Shown here piece after piece: positions 8,156-20,700 of a stretch of 33,831 nucleotides of DNA (its first letter is position 1; every line of letters begins with the position of its first letter). The notes under the pieces are model-generated. The model ran no database searches. It saw nothing but the letters and a program-made list of their open reading frames with translations, and was not told the origin of the DNA. The DNA is from an uncultured Oscillospiraceae bacterium (lineage in GTDB: Bacteria > Bacillota > Clostridia > Saccharofermentanales > Fastidiosipilaceae): positions 1 to 33,831 of the forward strand of contig CAYXVJ010000002.1 in assembly GCA_964468675.1 (NCBI GenBank), written 5' to 3'. The position numbers were made by a program, and so were the translations under genes.

Positions 8156-8255
8156 ATGCTTTTTTGGTCTAGATACTTAAGCAAGTCTACGAGGAAAGCT
8201 CATGCTTTTTTGGTCTAGATACTTAAGCAAATCTACGAGGAAAGCTCATGCTTTT
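8156..8255. repeat. 46-bp tandem direct repeat, 2.2 copies, intergenic
   Basis: The unit is ATGCTTTTTTGGTCTAGATACTTAAGCAAGTCTACGAGGAAAGCTC. Copies are at 8156-8201 and 8202-8247 (one mismatch, G8185 versus A8231), plus a partial third copy at 8248-8255. Confidence 0.95.
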
Positions 8256-8318
8256 CCAAGATTAACACAGTTGTCTAGAATGTTGTAGCGTCTAAGCTAC
8301 TGATTGTCTCATCACTTC

Positions 8319-11627
<3,309 letters not shown>

Positions 11628-11735
11628 TCAAACTATCTGAGTTGAAACCTCAAGTGCAACGTATACTTTTTATATTTGGTATTACTTATAGATAGGCATG
11701 AAACGGCAGCATAACAGACTTTGGAGGATACACGC

Positions 11736-13178
11736 ATGAAACGTTTATTAACGAGCATACTTGCTTTTGTACTTGTTATAAGTACTTTAACTGCTTGTGC
11801 AAGCCAAAACAGTGGTTCTAGGACACCGTTAGATAGCAATGAAACAACAAAAGAGGTCTTGCCAGAAGTGAATCCTGGGACAGACCCCGAGGTCTTAGCA
11901 GAAGGTATAAAACGCCTCACCAATGAATGGGCCAGACCAGTTGTGGATCGTGGGGTTCAGTTTGAGCATACATTAAATTTCTTTGCTGAGGATAGCGATG
12001 AAAGAGCACTCTTAGATAAAGTGAGAGACTTTCATAAAAGAAGTTTTAAGGAGCAGGCACAAGATTTTACTGAGGATAATTTATTGATGTCTCCTTTAAG
12101 CCTCTATCTGGCACTTGCCATGCTCGGTGAAGGAACCGATGGCGAGACAAGAGCTGAAATTGATCTTGCACTTGCAGGTGAATCTGGCGATGGTGATGTG
12201 CTGAGTAGTATTAGAGCGCCAATTCAAAGTCTGTTGAAGGGTATGAATGTCACTCAAGACCCATTCCAGATGATGACGGGGCAGTCTATGTGGCTAAGTC
12301 CTAGAATACCAATTAAAGAATCGTACCTTGATCTTTTAAATGATGTGTATGCAACTGATTTATTTCAAGCAGACTTCGTCAATCAAAAAGATGTGGTCAA
12401 AGCTGAAATGTCCAAATGGATTTCAGAGCAAACAGCAGGACTGCTTGGTGAAGAGTTGCCCTTTGAACTTTCTAGTGACGATGCATTCTACTTGATGCAA
12501 ACCCTTTACCTGAAAGACAATTGGATCATGCCATTTGATCCAGACCTTTCAAGCGATGATGCATTTACAACGAGGACTGGTGAGAAGAAAGACGTCAAGT
12601 TTATGTACCAGACTCAGATCCGCAATTTAGGCTACGGTGGAGATACGTTTAGTGCAGCAGAGCTCGTCACTACAAATGGACTTGTCTTCCGCGTCATCTT
12701 GCCGAAAGATGTTCTAAGCCCAGCCGAGATACTGGCTTTAGAAGACTTGGATGAAGTCTTGTACTCAGATCACTTACTAGCCGAACATGTCGATCAAGAA
12801 TCACCTTACTGGAAACTGGGCTACGAGATCAATTGGAGCTTTCCTCAATTTGATGTCCAGACTACTGTGGACTTAGAAGACTTACTCAAGAACTTAGGGA
12901 TTGAAGAGGTCATGGGTGCTGGTGCAAACTTCTCTAGAGCAGCAGATGTAGAAGAAGGCACACTCTTTTTAGAGACAGCCAAACAACAAGTTAGGCTCAA
13001 TGCAGATGAAGTAGGTTTTGAAGCTGCAGGCTTAACTGCTTTAGGTGCAGGTACTGTCTCAATGCCGGAGATAAAGTGGAGGCTTGACATGAACATGAAC
13101 AGACCATTTTTATTCACGATATCTACAAGATTGGGTTTACCGCTCTTCATCGGCTATATCGGTGATGCTAGCAATTAA
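11736..13178 (+). CDS. Serpin-family protein with lipoprotein signal peptide
   Basis: ATG 11736 lies 8 nt after GGAGGA. The lipobox is LTAC|ASQ. Serpin motifs are SPLSLYLALAMLGEGTDGETRAEI, a hinge/RCL of EVGFEAAGLTALGAGTVSMPEIKW, and a C-terminal NRPFLFTI....LPLFIGYIGD. Confidence 0.85.
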   Translation: MKRLLTSILAFVLVISTLTACASQNSGSRTPLDSNETTKEVLPEVNPGTDPEVLAEGIKRLTNEWARPVVDRGVQFEHTLNFFAEDSDERALLDKVRDFHKRSFKEQAQDFTEDNLLMSPLSLYLALAMLGEGTDGETRAEIDLALAGESGDGDVLSSIRAPIQSLLKGMNVTQDPFQMMTGQSMWLSPRIPIKESYLDLLNDVYATDLFQADFVNQKDVVKAEMSKWISEQTAGLLGEELPFELSSDDAFYLMQTLYLKDNWIMPFDPDLSSDDAFTTRTGEKKDVKFMYQTQIRNLGYGGDTFSAAELVTTNGLVFRVILPKDVLSPAEILALEDLDEVLYSDHLLAEHVDQESPYWKLGYEINWSFPQFDVQTTVDLEDLLKNLGIEEVMGAGANFSRAADVEEGTLFLETAKQQVRLNADEVGFEAAGLTALGAGTVSMPEIKWRLDMNMNRPFLFTISTRLGLPLFIGYIGDASN

Positions 13179-13284
13179 GTGAATTCCCTTTTAAGTCGAA
13201 AGTTAAACATTTTCTTAAAGCGTTTTGAAATGAGGCTGTGGTATGATTACAACATAGTTTTTACCTACGAAAGGAAGTAATCCT

Positions 13285-15051
13285 ATGCAGCCTCAGGAGC
13301 TTGCTTATTTAATGCGATATGTATTCGCTGTTCTAGCGATCTTTACTGCCTATTTCCTGCTCCGTGCCGCAATCGGCGACATCAGGGGTCGAATACGCAG
13401 TAATCTTAAACCTGTCCAAGGTCATTTCTTAATGCTGCTGGATAGTGAAGGGCAATTAGAAGGTCGCAGTCTACCTTTATTTCATACCACCATCATTGGG
13501 CGTGGCAGCCAAACGGATATCCGCTTAGCTAGTGATGAGATTAGAAGGCGTCATGCCACAATCTACCTCTACGATGGAGAGTGGTATGTAAGGCCTGTGC
13601 ATAACCGCCATCAGATTCTTTTAAATAATATCCCAGTGTTAGATGCCATACCTTTACGTAACCAGGATATAATCAGTGTTGGCAGCGTCAATATGCTTTA
13701 TATCGACGAACGCTCTGCAGCAAGTGAACAAGGTGTTGAGTATAGACCAGTTAGTAATCAACTAGAGTCTACACGCCCTGTACCTACCTTAGGCGCTTGG
13801 ATATTGACGAACATAGCCATTGTTTTAAGTGGACTCTTATCGGCACTACTGGTGCCAGAAGGGATGGAGGTATTAGAAGAACCAATCTTAATTTTGTTTG
13901 GTGTTTTCTTCTTGATCTTCAATCTGTATTACTTTATCTTACCTATCCTTTTAAAACCTTTAGACCAACCCTTCTTTGTAGCCATTATGAACCTTGCCTT
14001 ATTAGGCCTTTTGATTCAAACACGCTTAAGTTTAATCAATATTAATTATCCAGCAGTGGATCAAGAGCTTATCGACAGCATCGTATCTAGTTTATCGACC
14101 CAAGCCTTAGCTTTATTTATTGGCTTAATTTTGATGCCAATCGTGATTTTGATTGTCCAACGTACAGGTTTCCTTGAGAGCATGGTTTATGTATGTGGTG
14201 TTTTAACGCCACTGTTCTTAATTGCGACATTGATCCTTGGTAGTGGACGCCAAGAGATGGGTGCAACTTTATGGATCGTTATCGGTGGCTTTTCCATCCA
14301 ATTAACGGAATTCGCTAAGATTACCTACTTAGTCGTCCTAGCAGGCTTCTTCAAAATTCGTCCACCCTTTAGAATACAACTAGCCTTCGCTGCCTGGGCA
14401 GCTGTTGTCTTCTTCTTAATTATGCTCTTGCCAGACCTTGGCTCCGCCATGATTTTATTACCAACCACATTAATTGTATTTGTCGTCATGACGAGTGAAT
14501 ACTTGACTACTTTCTTTATTCTACTAGCAGGTACAGGTCTTGGTACCGTAGCCTATGCATTCTTCCCCCACGTTCAGCGCCGCATCAGTGGTTGGTCAAC
14601 CTTATGGACTGAAGTCAATGACCAAAACCGCCAGATTGTGTATGGCCTGCAAGCCATTGGCCGAGGAGGTCTTACCGGTAGAGGTATTGGCAACGGTAGC
14701 CCTGAAGGTATCCCCTTGGCAAGCTCGGATATGATATTCGCCGTCATCGGTGAAGAGATGGGACTACTGGTCTTACTAGCCGTCATGGTTTTCTTCATGG
14801 TTTTATGGCTTCGTGGAGCAAAATCCACCATGATGGTGCGAGATGGTTTCTCATCTAGTTTAACCTTAGGTGTAGCTACCTTGTTCTTTATGGAGGCAGC
14901 CGTCGTAATTTCAGGTGTTGTAGGCCTCATTCCACTTACGGGTGCAACCTTGCCCTTTATTGCAGCAGGTGGTTCCTCGATCCTGGCTAAAACGATACTT
15001 GCATCGATTTACTTAGGTCTTGCTGGACGCCGCGAAAGCTCGAATCTTTAG
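13285..15051 (+). CDS. FHA-domain / SEDS (FtsW/RodA/SpoVE) peptidoglycan polymerase fusion protein
   Basis: An N-terminal TM helix is followed by an FHA-like block (TIIGRGSQTDIRLASDEIRRRHATIYLYDGEWYV...NNIPV...DIISVGSVNMLYI). The remainder is a polytopic SEDS body (GATLWI.IGGFSIQLTEFAKI, PDLGSAMIL, GLQAIGRGGLTGRGIGNGSP, PLASSDMIFAVIGEEMGL, TGATLPFIAAGGSS). Confidence 0.85.
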   Translation: MQPQELAYLMRYVFAVLAIFTAYFLLRAAIGDIRGRIRSNLKPVQGHFLMLLDSEGQLEGRSLPLFHTTIIGRGSQTDIRLASDEIRRRHATIYLYDGEWYVRPVHNRHQILLNNIPVLDAIPLRNQDIISVGSVNMLYIDERSAASEQGVEYRPVSNQLESTRPVPTLGAWILTNIAIVLSGLLSALLVPEGMEVLEEPILILFGVFFLIFNLYYFILPILLKPLDQPFFVAIMNLALLGLLIQTRLSLININYPAVDQELIDSIVSSLSTQALALFIGLILMPIVILIVQRTGFLESMVYVCGVLTPLFLIATLILGSGRQEMGATLWIVIGGFSIQLTEFAKITYLVVLAGFFKIRPPFRIQLAFAAWAAVVFFLIMLLPDLGSAMILLPTTLIVFVVMTSEYLTTFFILLAGTGLGTVAYAFFPHVQRRISGWSTLWTEVNDQNRQIVYGLQAIGRGGLTGRGIGNGSPEGIPLASSDMIFAVIGEEMGLLVLLAVMVFFMVLWLRGAKSTMMVRDGFSSSLTLGVATLFFMEAAVVISGVVGLIPLTGATLPFIAAGGSSILAKTILASIYLGLAGRRESSNL

Positions 15052-15062
15052 GAGGTAATGTT

Positions 15063-16472
15063 TTGAAACAGCTACTTCAGAATATAAAAGCAGTTTTAAT
15101 ATTGGTCTTAATCCTATCCTTTGCTTTGCTAGCAGGTATCGTTGTTCAGCAACATCGAAGCCAGACAAGCTTGATGGCTGCAGCAGGTGTGAATAAAGAG
15201 ACGCTTCGTTCGCGCTATGCGATGGCAGGATCGATCGAATCTTTTGATGGTACAGTTCTTGCAACAAGTGTTGATGGAGAGCGGGTTTATGCAGAGGATA
15301 CACTACTTGCAGAATCACTCAGCAACCTAGTCGGTGACTACACCCACTAAATCCAAAATACAATTGAAGCTCACTACCAAGGTGTACTCTTAGGTACTGA
15401 TCGTAATCCCTTCTACCAATTGCTTTTTGATGTGACGGGTAAGGGTTTAGAAGGCGATGACATCACCTTGACGCTCGATTCACGTTTGCAAAAACGTGCC
15501 TATGAATTGTTAGGGAATCTAGATGGATCCGTTGTATTAATGAACTACAAGACAGGTGATGTGCTGGCTATGGTGAGTAAGCCGTCTACGAGTCCTGAAA
15601 ATATAATCGACTACACCGATATTCCAGATACAGCCCTCTTTAACAGAGCACTCATGGGGCAATATTACCCAGGATCAAGTTTTAAATTCTTAACAGCTGC
15701 CGCTTATATGGATAGCATGTACTTTGATCCAGAACATTTAGTGGAGTGCTTAGGCCATGTACCGCTTATTGGTTTAAATGGCGTAGTGGAGACAGGGTCT
15801 GGTCACGGTTCAATCGGTATGACCCATGCCTTTGAAGTGTCTTGTAACCACTTTTATGGAGACATCGGTATAATCGCAGGTGATTTCCAGATGAAGCGAA
15901 CAGCAGAATCGTTCTACTACAATCAAGCTTTGGATCTAGGACGTTTAAAGGTACAGACCAGTAGATTCTTTGCACCAGCAGACAATGATGAGATCTTGTC
16001 GTGGCTAAGCATAGGCCAACCCGTTGGCGAATCACTTAATACAGCTACACCACTGCATATGGCGATGATGGTAGGAGCTGTGGCTAACGGTGGCGTGATG
16101 ATGGAGCCGCATTTAGTAGCGTCCATGACCAATCCCCTAGATCAGGTCTACCAACGACGCCAAGAAACAGAGTTGACGACTGTACTTAGTATGGAGACCA
16201 ACCGCCAGATTAAAGAGTTGATGCTATCTGGTGTAGAGACCGGTAGTGGAAGTGCTGCCAAGGTTGAAGGCTTTAAAGTAGCAGGTAAGACAGGTACGGC
16301 TCAAGTTGAAGGACAAGAAGAGTACAATGCTGTATTCTTAGGTTATGTTGATCATGTGAACCATCCATACTCAATTGCCGTCATCAGCGAAGATGCAGGC
16401 TTTGGTTCTAGTATTTCAGCACCAATTGCCTCTGAACTCTTTAAGCTTGCGATTGATCTTGCAGGAGAGTAG
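15063..16472 (+). pseudogene. Class B penicillin-binding protein (PbpA/PBP2-like transpeptidase) interrupted by a single in-frame TAA at 15348-15350
   Basis: A TTG start at 15063 lies 6 nt after AGGAGGT. ORFs 15063-15350 and 15420-16472 are in the same frame, and the sequence between them reads through as ...LVGDYTH*IQNTIEAHYQGVLLGTDRNPFYQLLFDV.... The transpeptidase motifs are intact: SSFK, SCN, KTGT. There is no RBS for independent initiation of the downstream part. Confidence 0.75.
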
Positions 16473-16515
16473 CTAAAACCGTTACTTCAATCAGTGATAA
16501 GGATATGAAATTCAA

Positions 16516-16542
16516 ATGCCCTGACCAAATTGGTTAGGGCAT
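16516..16542. terminator. Shared hairpin terminator between convergent genes
   Basis: ATGCCCTGACCA (16516-16527) pairs with TGGTTAGGGCAT (16531-16542) as a 12-bp stem with one G-U pair. The flanks are A-rich upstream and T-containing downstream, so it could terminate in either direction. Confidence 0.65.
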
Positions 16543-16569
16543 TATGAATATTAAACTAGGGTGTATGGT

Positions 16570-17460
16570 TTAAAGTATTTTGAATTCGCCGTCTTGGTAT
16601 GACAGTTCCACTTTGGATAAGTACCACGAAGCCCCGTTATCGTTATTCCCTTGATAGAAGAGGTAGATGCGTTCGTCTTCGTCTTCAAAGATGAAGGGGT
16701 GGCCTGACTCACTACTATTCCAAGTACCAGCTTCGCCATTTCGTAAGAATGGCTCATCTGATACCCTTGTGAACTGTTCTGCATCTGTGCTGACTGCAAG
16801 CCCTACTTGCTGAGGGCAGTTGTTGTATGCGCCTGCATAGAACATATAGACTTTATCGTCTTTGACAATCATGGCAGGTGCTTCAATACATGCTTGTTCC
16901 CATTCTAGTTCTGGCTCTAAAACAGGTTTGTCACAACGTTGTTCCCAATCTTCTTTTAAGAATGAACTAGATAAAGGTGCGCGGTGGACACCTAAAAGCT
17001 GGATTTGGTGACTAGGATCTCTAGATGCATAGTAGCAGTATAAGTGATCGCCAAAGGGGATGACATCTGCGTCAATGGCTCTGCCACTATTCCAATCGCC
17101 AGAAGGTCTGATGATGGGGTTAGTAGGGTTACGCTCGAAGTTGATGCCATCTTCTGATGTGGCATGGCAAATTGCATCCAAATGATGGTTACCATAAGTT
17201 TGATAGAACAAGTGAACTTTGTTATCAAGGACGATAGCACCTGGTGCACAGATACCGTTCTTCTCGTGGTCATCTGTTGCGGTGACATCACCTATTTTGG
17301 TCCAAGTCGAAAGATCGGTGCTTGTAGCGATCCCGATGCCTAGACCGATGATGCCTTCTTTGGCAGCTGTGGAATAATACATAAAGTATTGACCATTTAG
17401 TTTTACAACGGCTGGATCCTTGGCAAATGCTTTGCCACGGCTATTGTCTGTGAACATCAT
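16570..17460 (-). CDS. GH43-like five-bladed beta-propeller glycoside hydrolase
   Basis: The motif order is Asp...Asp...Glu: KDPAVVKLNGQYFMYYS, GRAIDADVIPF, CIEAPAMIVKDDKVYMFYAG. I prefer the start at ATG 17458-17460 (GAGG 10 nt upstream). The ORF is open up to 17544, but that ATG has no RBS. Family assignment is at superfamily level only. Confidence 0.6.
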   Translation of the reverse strand: MMFTDNSRGKAFAKDPAVVKLNGQYFMYYSTAAKEGIIGLGIGIATSTDLSTWTKIGDVTATDDHEKNGICAPGAIVLDNKVHLFYQTYGNHHLDAICHATSEDGINFERNPTNPIIRPSGDWNSGRAIDADVIPFGDHLYCYYASRDPSHQIQLLGVHRAPLSSSFLKEDWEQRCDKPVLEPELEWEQACIEAPAMIVKDDKVYMFYAGAYNNCPQQVGLAVSTDAEQFTRVSDEPFLRNGEAGTWNSSESGHPFIFEDEDERIYLFYQGNNDNGASWYLSKVELSYQDGEFKIL

Positions 17461-17723
17461 GTGTTTTTGCCTCACTTCTTTTTCTTTTAATCTAGCATAG
17501 TTAAATACATTGGTATACGGACAATAGCGAACTTCCTCGTACATCTTTTGACATCTTGGTGAATACCAATCAGTTCACTTTGATCTCGTTTCATTTTGAT
17601 CGAATAGGAGCCTTTTTTATAGAAGAAGATTGGCTTTTTAAGATGGTGATGGATATGTCATAGCCTTATTTAAAAACTCCTTTATAATGAATTTGATTAA
17701 AGAGGATTGAAAGAGGACTTGAT

Positions 17724-20700
17724 ATGCAATTTTTATATGAACGCATTAGACGTTTAACAAGGGATTTGTCTACCCTTAGATATCCAGAAACGCTCAATTT
17801 ATCTGACTTTCGTTATAAGAAGTTAAGCGATAAATTAGCTGATGTCACAAGCTTAGATTCAAGTGATTGGCCAGTCATTGAAAAGAACCAAGTCGTTAGA
17901 GGCGATCGTTACGAATACTATTACTTCGTAAAGGAAGTAACGATCCCTGAAAACTTCGATGGAAAGACTGTAGCATTTCATATCAGCACTGCTCAAGACG
18001 GTACTTGGGATTCTATCAATCCCCAGTTATTGCTCTTCGTGAATGGTAAGTTACGCTTAGGTTTTGACGAATTCCACCATGAAGCAATCTTAACTGAAGA
18101 AGCAAAAGCAGGTGAGACATTTAAACTGGTCTTACAAGCATTCACTGGTGATGGCAATTTCCGTATGCTCCTAGATACTAAACTTCGTGTCCTAGATCGG
18201 CAGACAGAGAAGTACTATTACGATGTGAAGGTACCTTTAGACATTGCACAACTATTGCCATTTGATTCAGATGTGCACTACCAAATAATCAACGCGCTAA
18301 ATGAGTCACTCAATCTCTTAGATTTACGCATACCAGGAAACAAGGCTTATCGCAAGACTTTGGCCATTGCTCAAGAATACCTAGATAAGAACTTCTACGA
18401 GAAGTATGGCGATGAGAATAAGACGCCTCTTATTTATGCTGTTGGCCACACCCACATTGATGTTGCCTGGTTGTGGACACTTGCTGTGACTGAAGATAAG
18501 ACCGTAAGAAGCTTTGCCTCTGTCTTGGAGCTGATGCGTGAGTATCCTGAATACACCTTTATGTCGTCAACCCCACAGCTCTATATGTATATTGAGAAGC
18601 ACGATCCAAAACTCTTTAAGGAGATTCAAGAACGTGTTGCTGAAGGACGCTGGGAAGTTGAAGGGGCTATGTTCCTTGAAGCCGATTGTAATATTGCATC
18701 GGGTGAGGCACTTGTCCGTCAGATTACAGGTGGTAAGCGCTATTTCAAAGATAAATTTAATAAGACAAATGAAATATTCTGGCTTCCAGACGTCTTCGGC
18801 TATTCTGCAGCCTTACCTCAGATCCTCCAGCAGTCTGGCGTACCATACTTCATGACCACAAAGATCTCATGGAGTGAGACGAATAAGATGCCTTACGATA
18901 CTTTCGAATGGCAAGGTATTGATGGATCGAAGGTCTTAACCCACTTCATTCCTACCCGCGAGTATGGACGCAAGGCAATCCCCGGTCACTTTGCGAATGC
19001 CCACTTTACAACCTATAACGGTGATCTAACCATCTCACAGGCGATGGGTTCTTGGGAGCGTTATACGGACAAGAATTTAAACGACTTTGTCTTGATGGCT
19101 TATGGCCATGGAGATGGTGGAGGCGGTACCACAAGAGAGATGATCGAAAACGGTCGTCGCTTGGCTAAGGGCTTACCTGGTGCACCTCGCCTTAAATTCT
19201 CTACTGTTACAGAGTTCTTCAAAAAGTTAGATGAAACTGTCAGTGGTAATCGACACTTACCAAGGTGGTCAGGTGAACTCTATCTTGAGTACCACCGTGG
19301 TACCTATACTTCAATGGGTAGAAATAAGAAGTACAACCGCAGATCTGAATACGCACTACAAAACCTTGAGTTCTATGCTTCACTTGCAGGTTTACTTGCA
19401 GATGCTCCATATCCAACAGCTATTCTTGAAGAAGGCTGGGAGATCTTGATGCGTAACCAATTCCATGACATCTTACCTGGTACCTCAATTAAGGAAGTCT
19501 ACGATGATTCGGACCGTGAGTATGCTCGTCTTGCAGACATTGTAGGTTCAGCAAGCAGTGAGCTGCAGTCCAAGATTGTGAAGGCCGTAGGTCTTGGTAC
19601 AAAAGAGATCATGATCTTTAACCCAACTGGCTTTAAGCAAAATGGTGTTGTGTACTTAGATGAAGCAAATGTAGGTGTAAACAAGGACGGATTAGCATAT
19701 CCTGTTCAATCTACTAGAGATGGAAGAGCATTCTTCTTTGCTAAAGATGTACCAGCATTTGGCTATGCTGTCTATCAATTAACAGATGAAATTAGCTCAG
19801 CTCAAGACTTAGGGGATGTAGATCCAGATGGCTTCGTCATTGAGAATGACTTCTACAAAGTTGAATTTAATGACTTGGGACAGTTTAGATCGATCTTCGA
19901 TAAGCAGGCCATGCGTGAGGTCTTAAAGCCTGGTGAAGCAGGCAACGTCATCATGAGTTATGAGGATCGCCCGCATAACTATGAGAACTGGGATATCAAT
20001 AACTACTATGTTGAGAAGAGCTGGCCTGTCGATGGCTTAACGAAGTTTGCTGTTGTTGAAAACGGACCACTTCGTCAAACGATTCGTATTGAGCGTCCAT
20101 ACCTTGATTCTACAGTGACTCAGGAAGTTCACTTGTACAAGGATTCGCCTCGTATTGATATTGACCATGACATCGATTGGAAGCAAGAGCGCATCATGAT
20201 GAAGGCACTCTTCCCAGTGAACGTCTACACCCATGAAGCAACGTTTGAGATTCAATATGGACACGTGAAGCGCCAGACCCATCACAACACAAGCTGGGAT
20301 GAAGCGCGTTTTGAAGTGCCAGTCCATAAATGGTTAAACGTATCCGAATATGGCTACGGCGTCAGCTTCCTAAACGATGCGAAGTATGGCTGCCATGTTC
20401 GTGACAGTGTAGTTGGGTTAACACTCTTGAAGAGTGGTACAGACCCACATCCAAAGGCAGACCAAGAGCGTCATACTTTTACCTTGTCCTTGATGGCTCA
20501 TACAGGGACCTGGCAGGAGGCAGGTGTCTTAGCCGAAGCTTATAACCTGAACAACCCACTGCTTGCTGTCAGAGGCGAAGAGGACAGTTCTAATGAAACG
20601 AAGGCTTTGTATAGCTTTGTGAGAAGCAAAAGCCCTGGTGCAACTGTAGAAGTGGTGAAGAAGGCTGAGGATTCAGATAACCTGATCGTAAGGCTTTATG

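Noticed and set aside
8156-8255. Tandem repeat considered as a mini-CRISPR array or as a coding region for small peptides
   Set aside because: The units are directly abutting with no spacers, there are only 2.2 copies, and no cas genes are nearby, so it is not a CRISPR array. The 20- and 28-codon plus-strand ORFs arise only because the unit contains an ATG, and the 46-bp period breaks the frame. Coding is unsupported without expression data.
15348-15350. In-frame TAA in the PBP gene as evidence for an alternative genetic code or programmed readthrough
   Set aside because: TAA is used as the genuine terminator of the kinase, lacZ, capA-like, ArsR-like and ABC-exporter subunit 1 genes. No recoding signal (slippery site or downstream structure) is evident. 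A nonsense mutation or base-call error is the simpler explanation.
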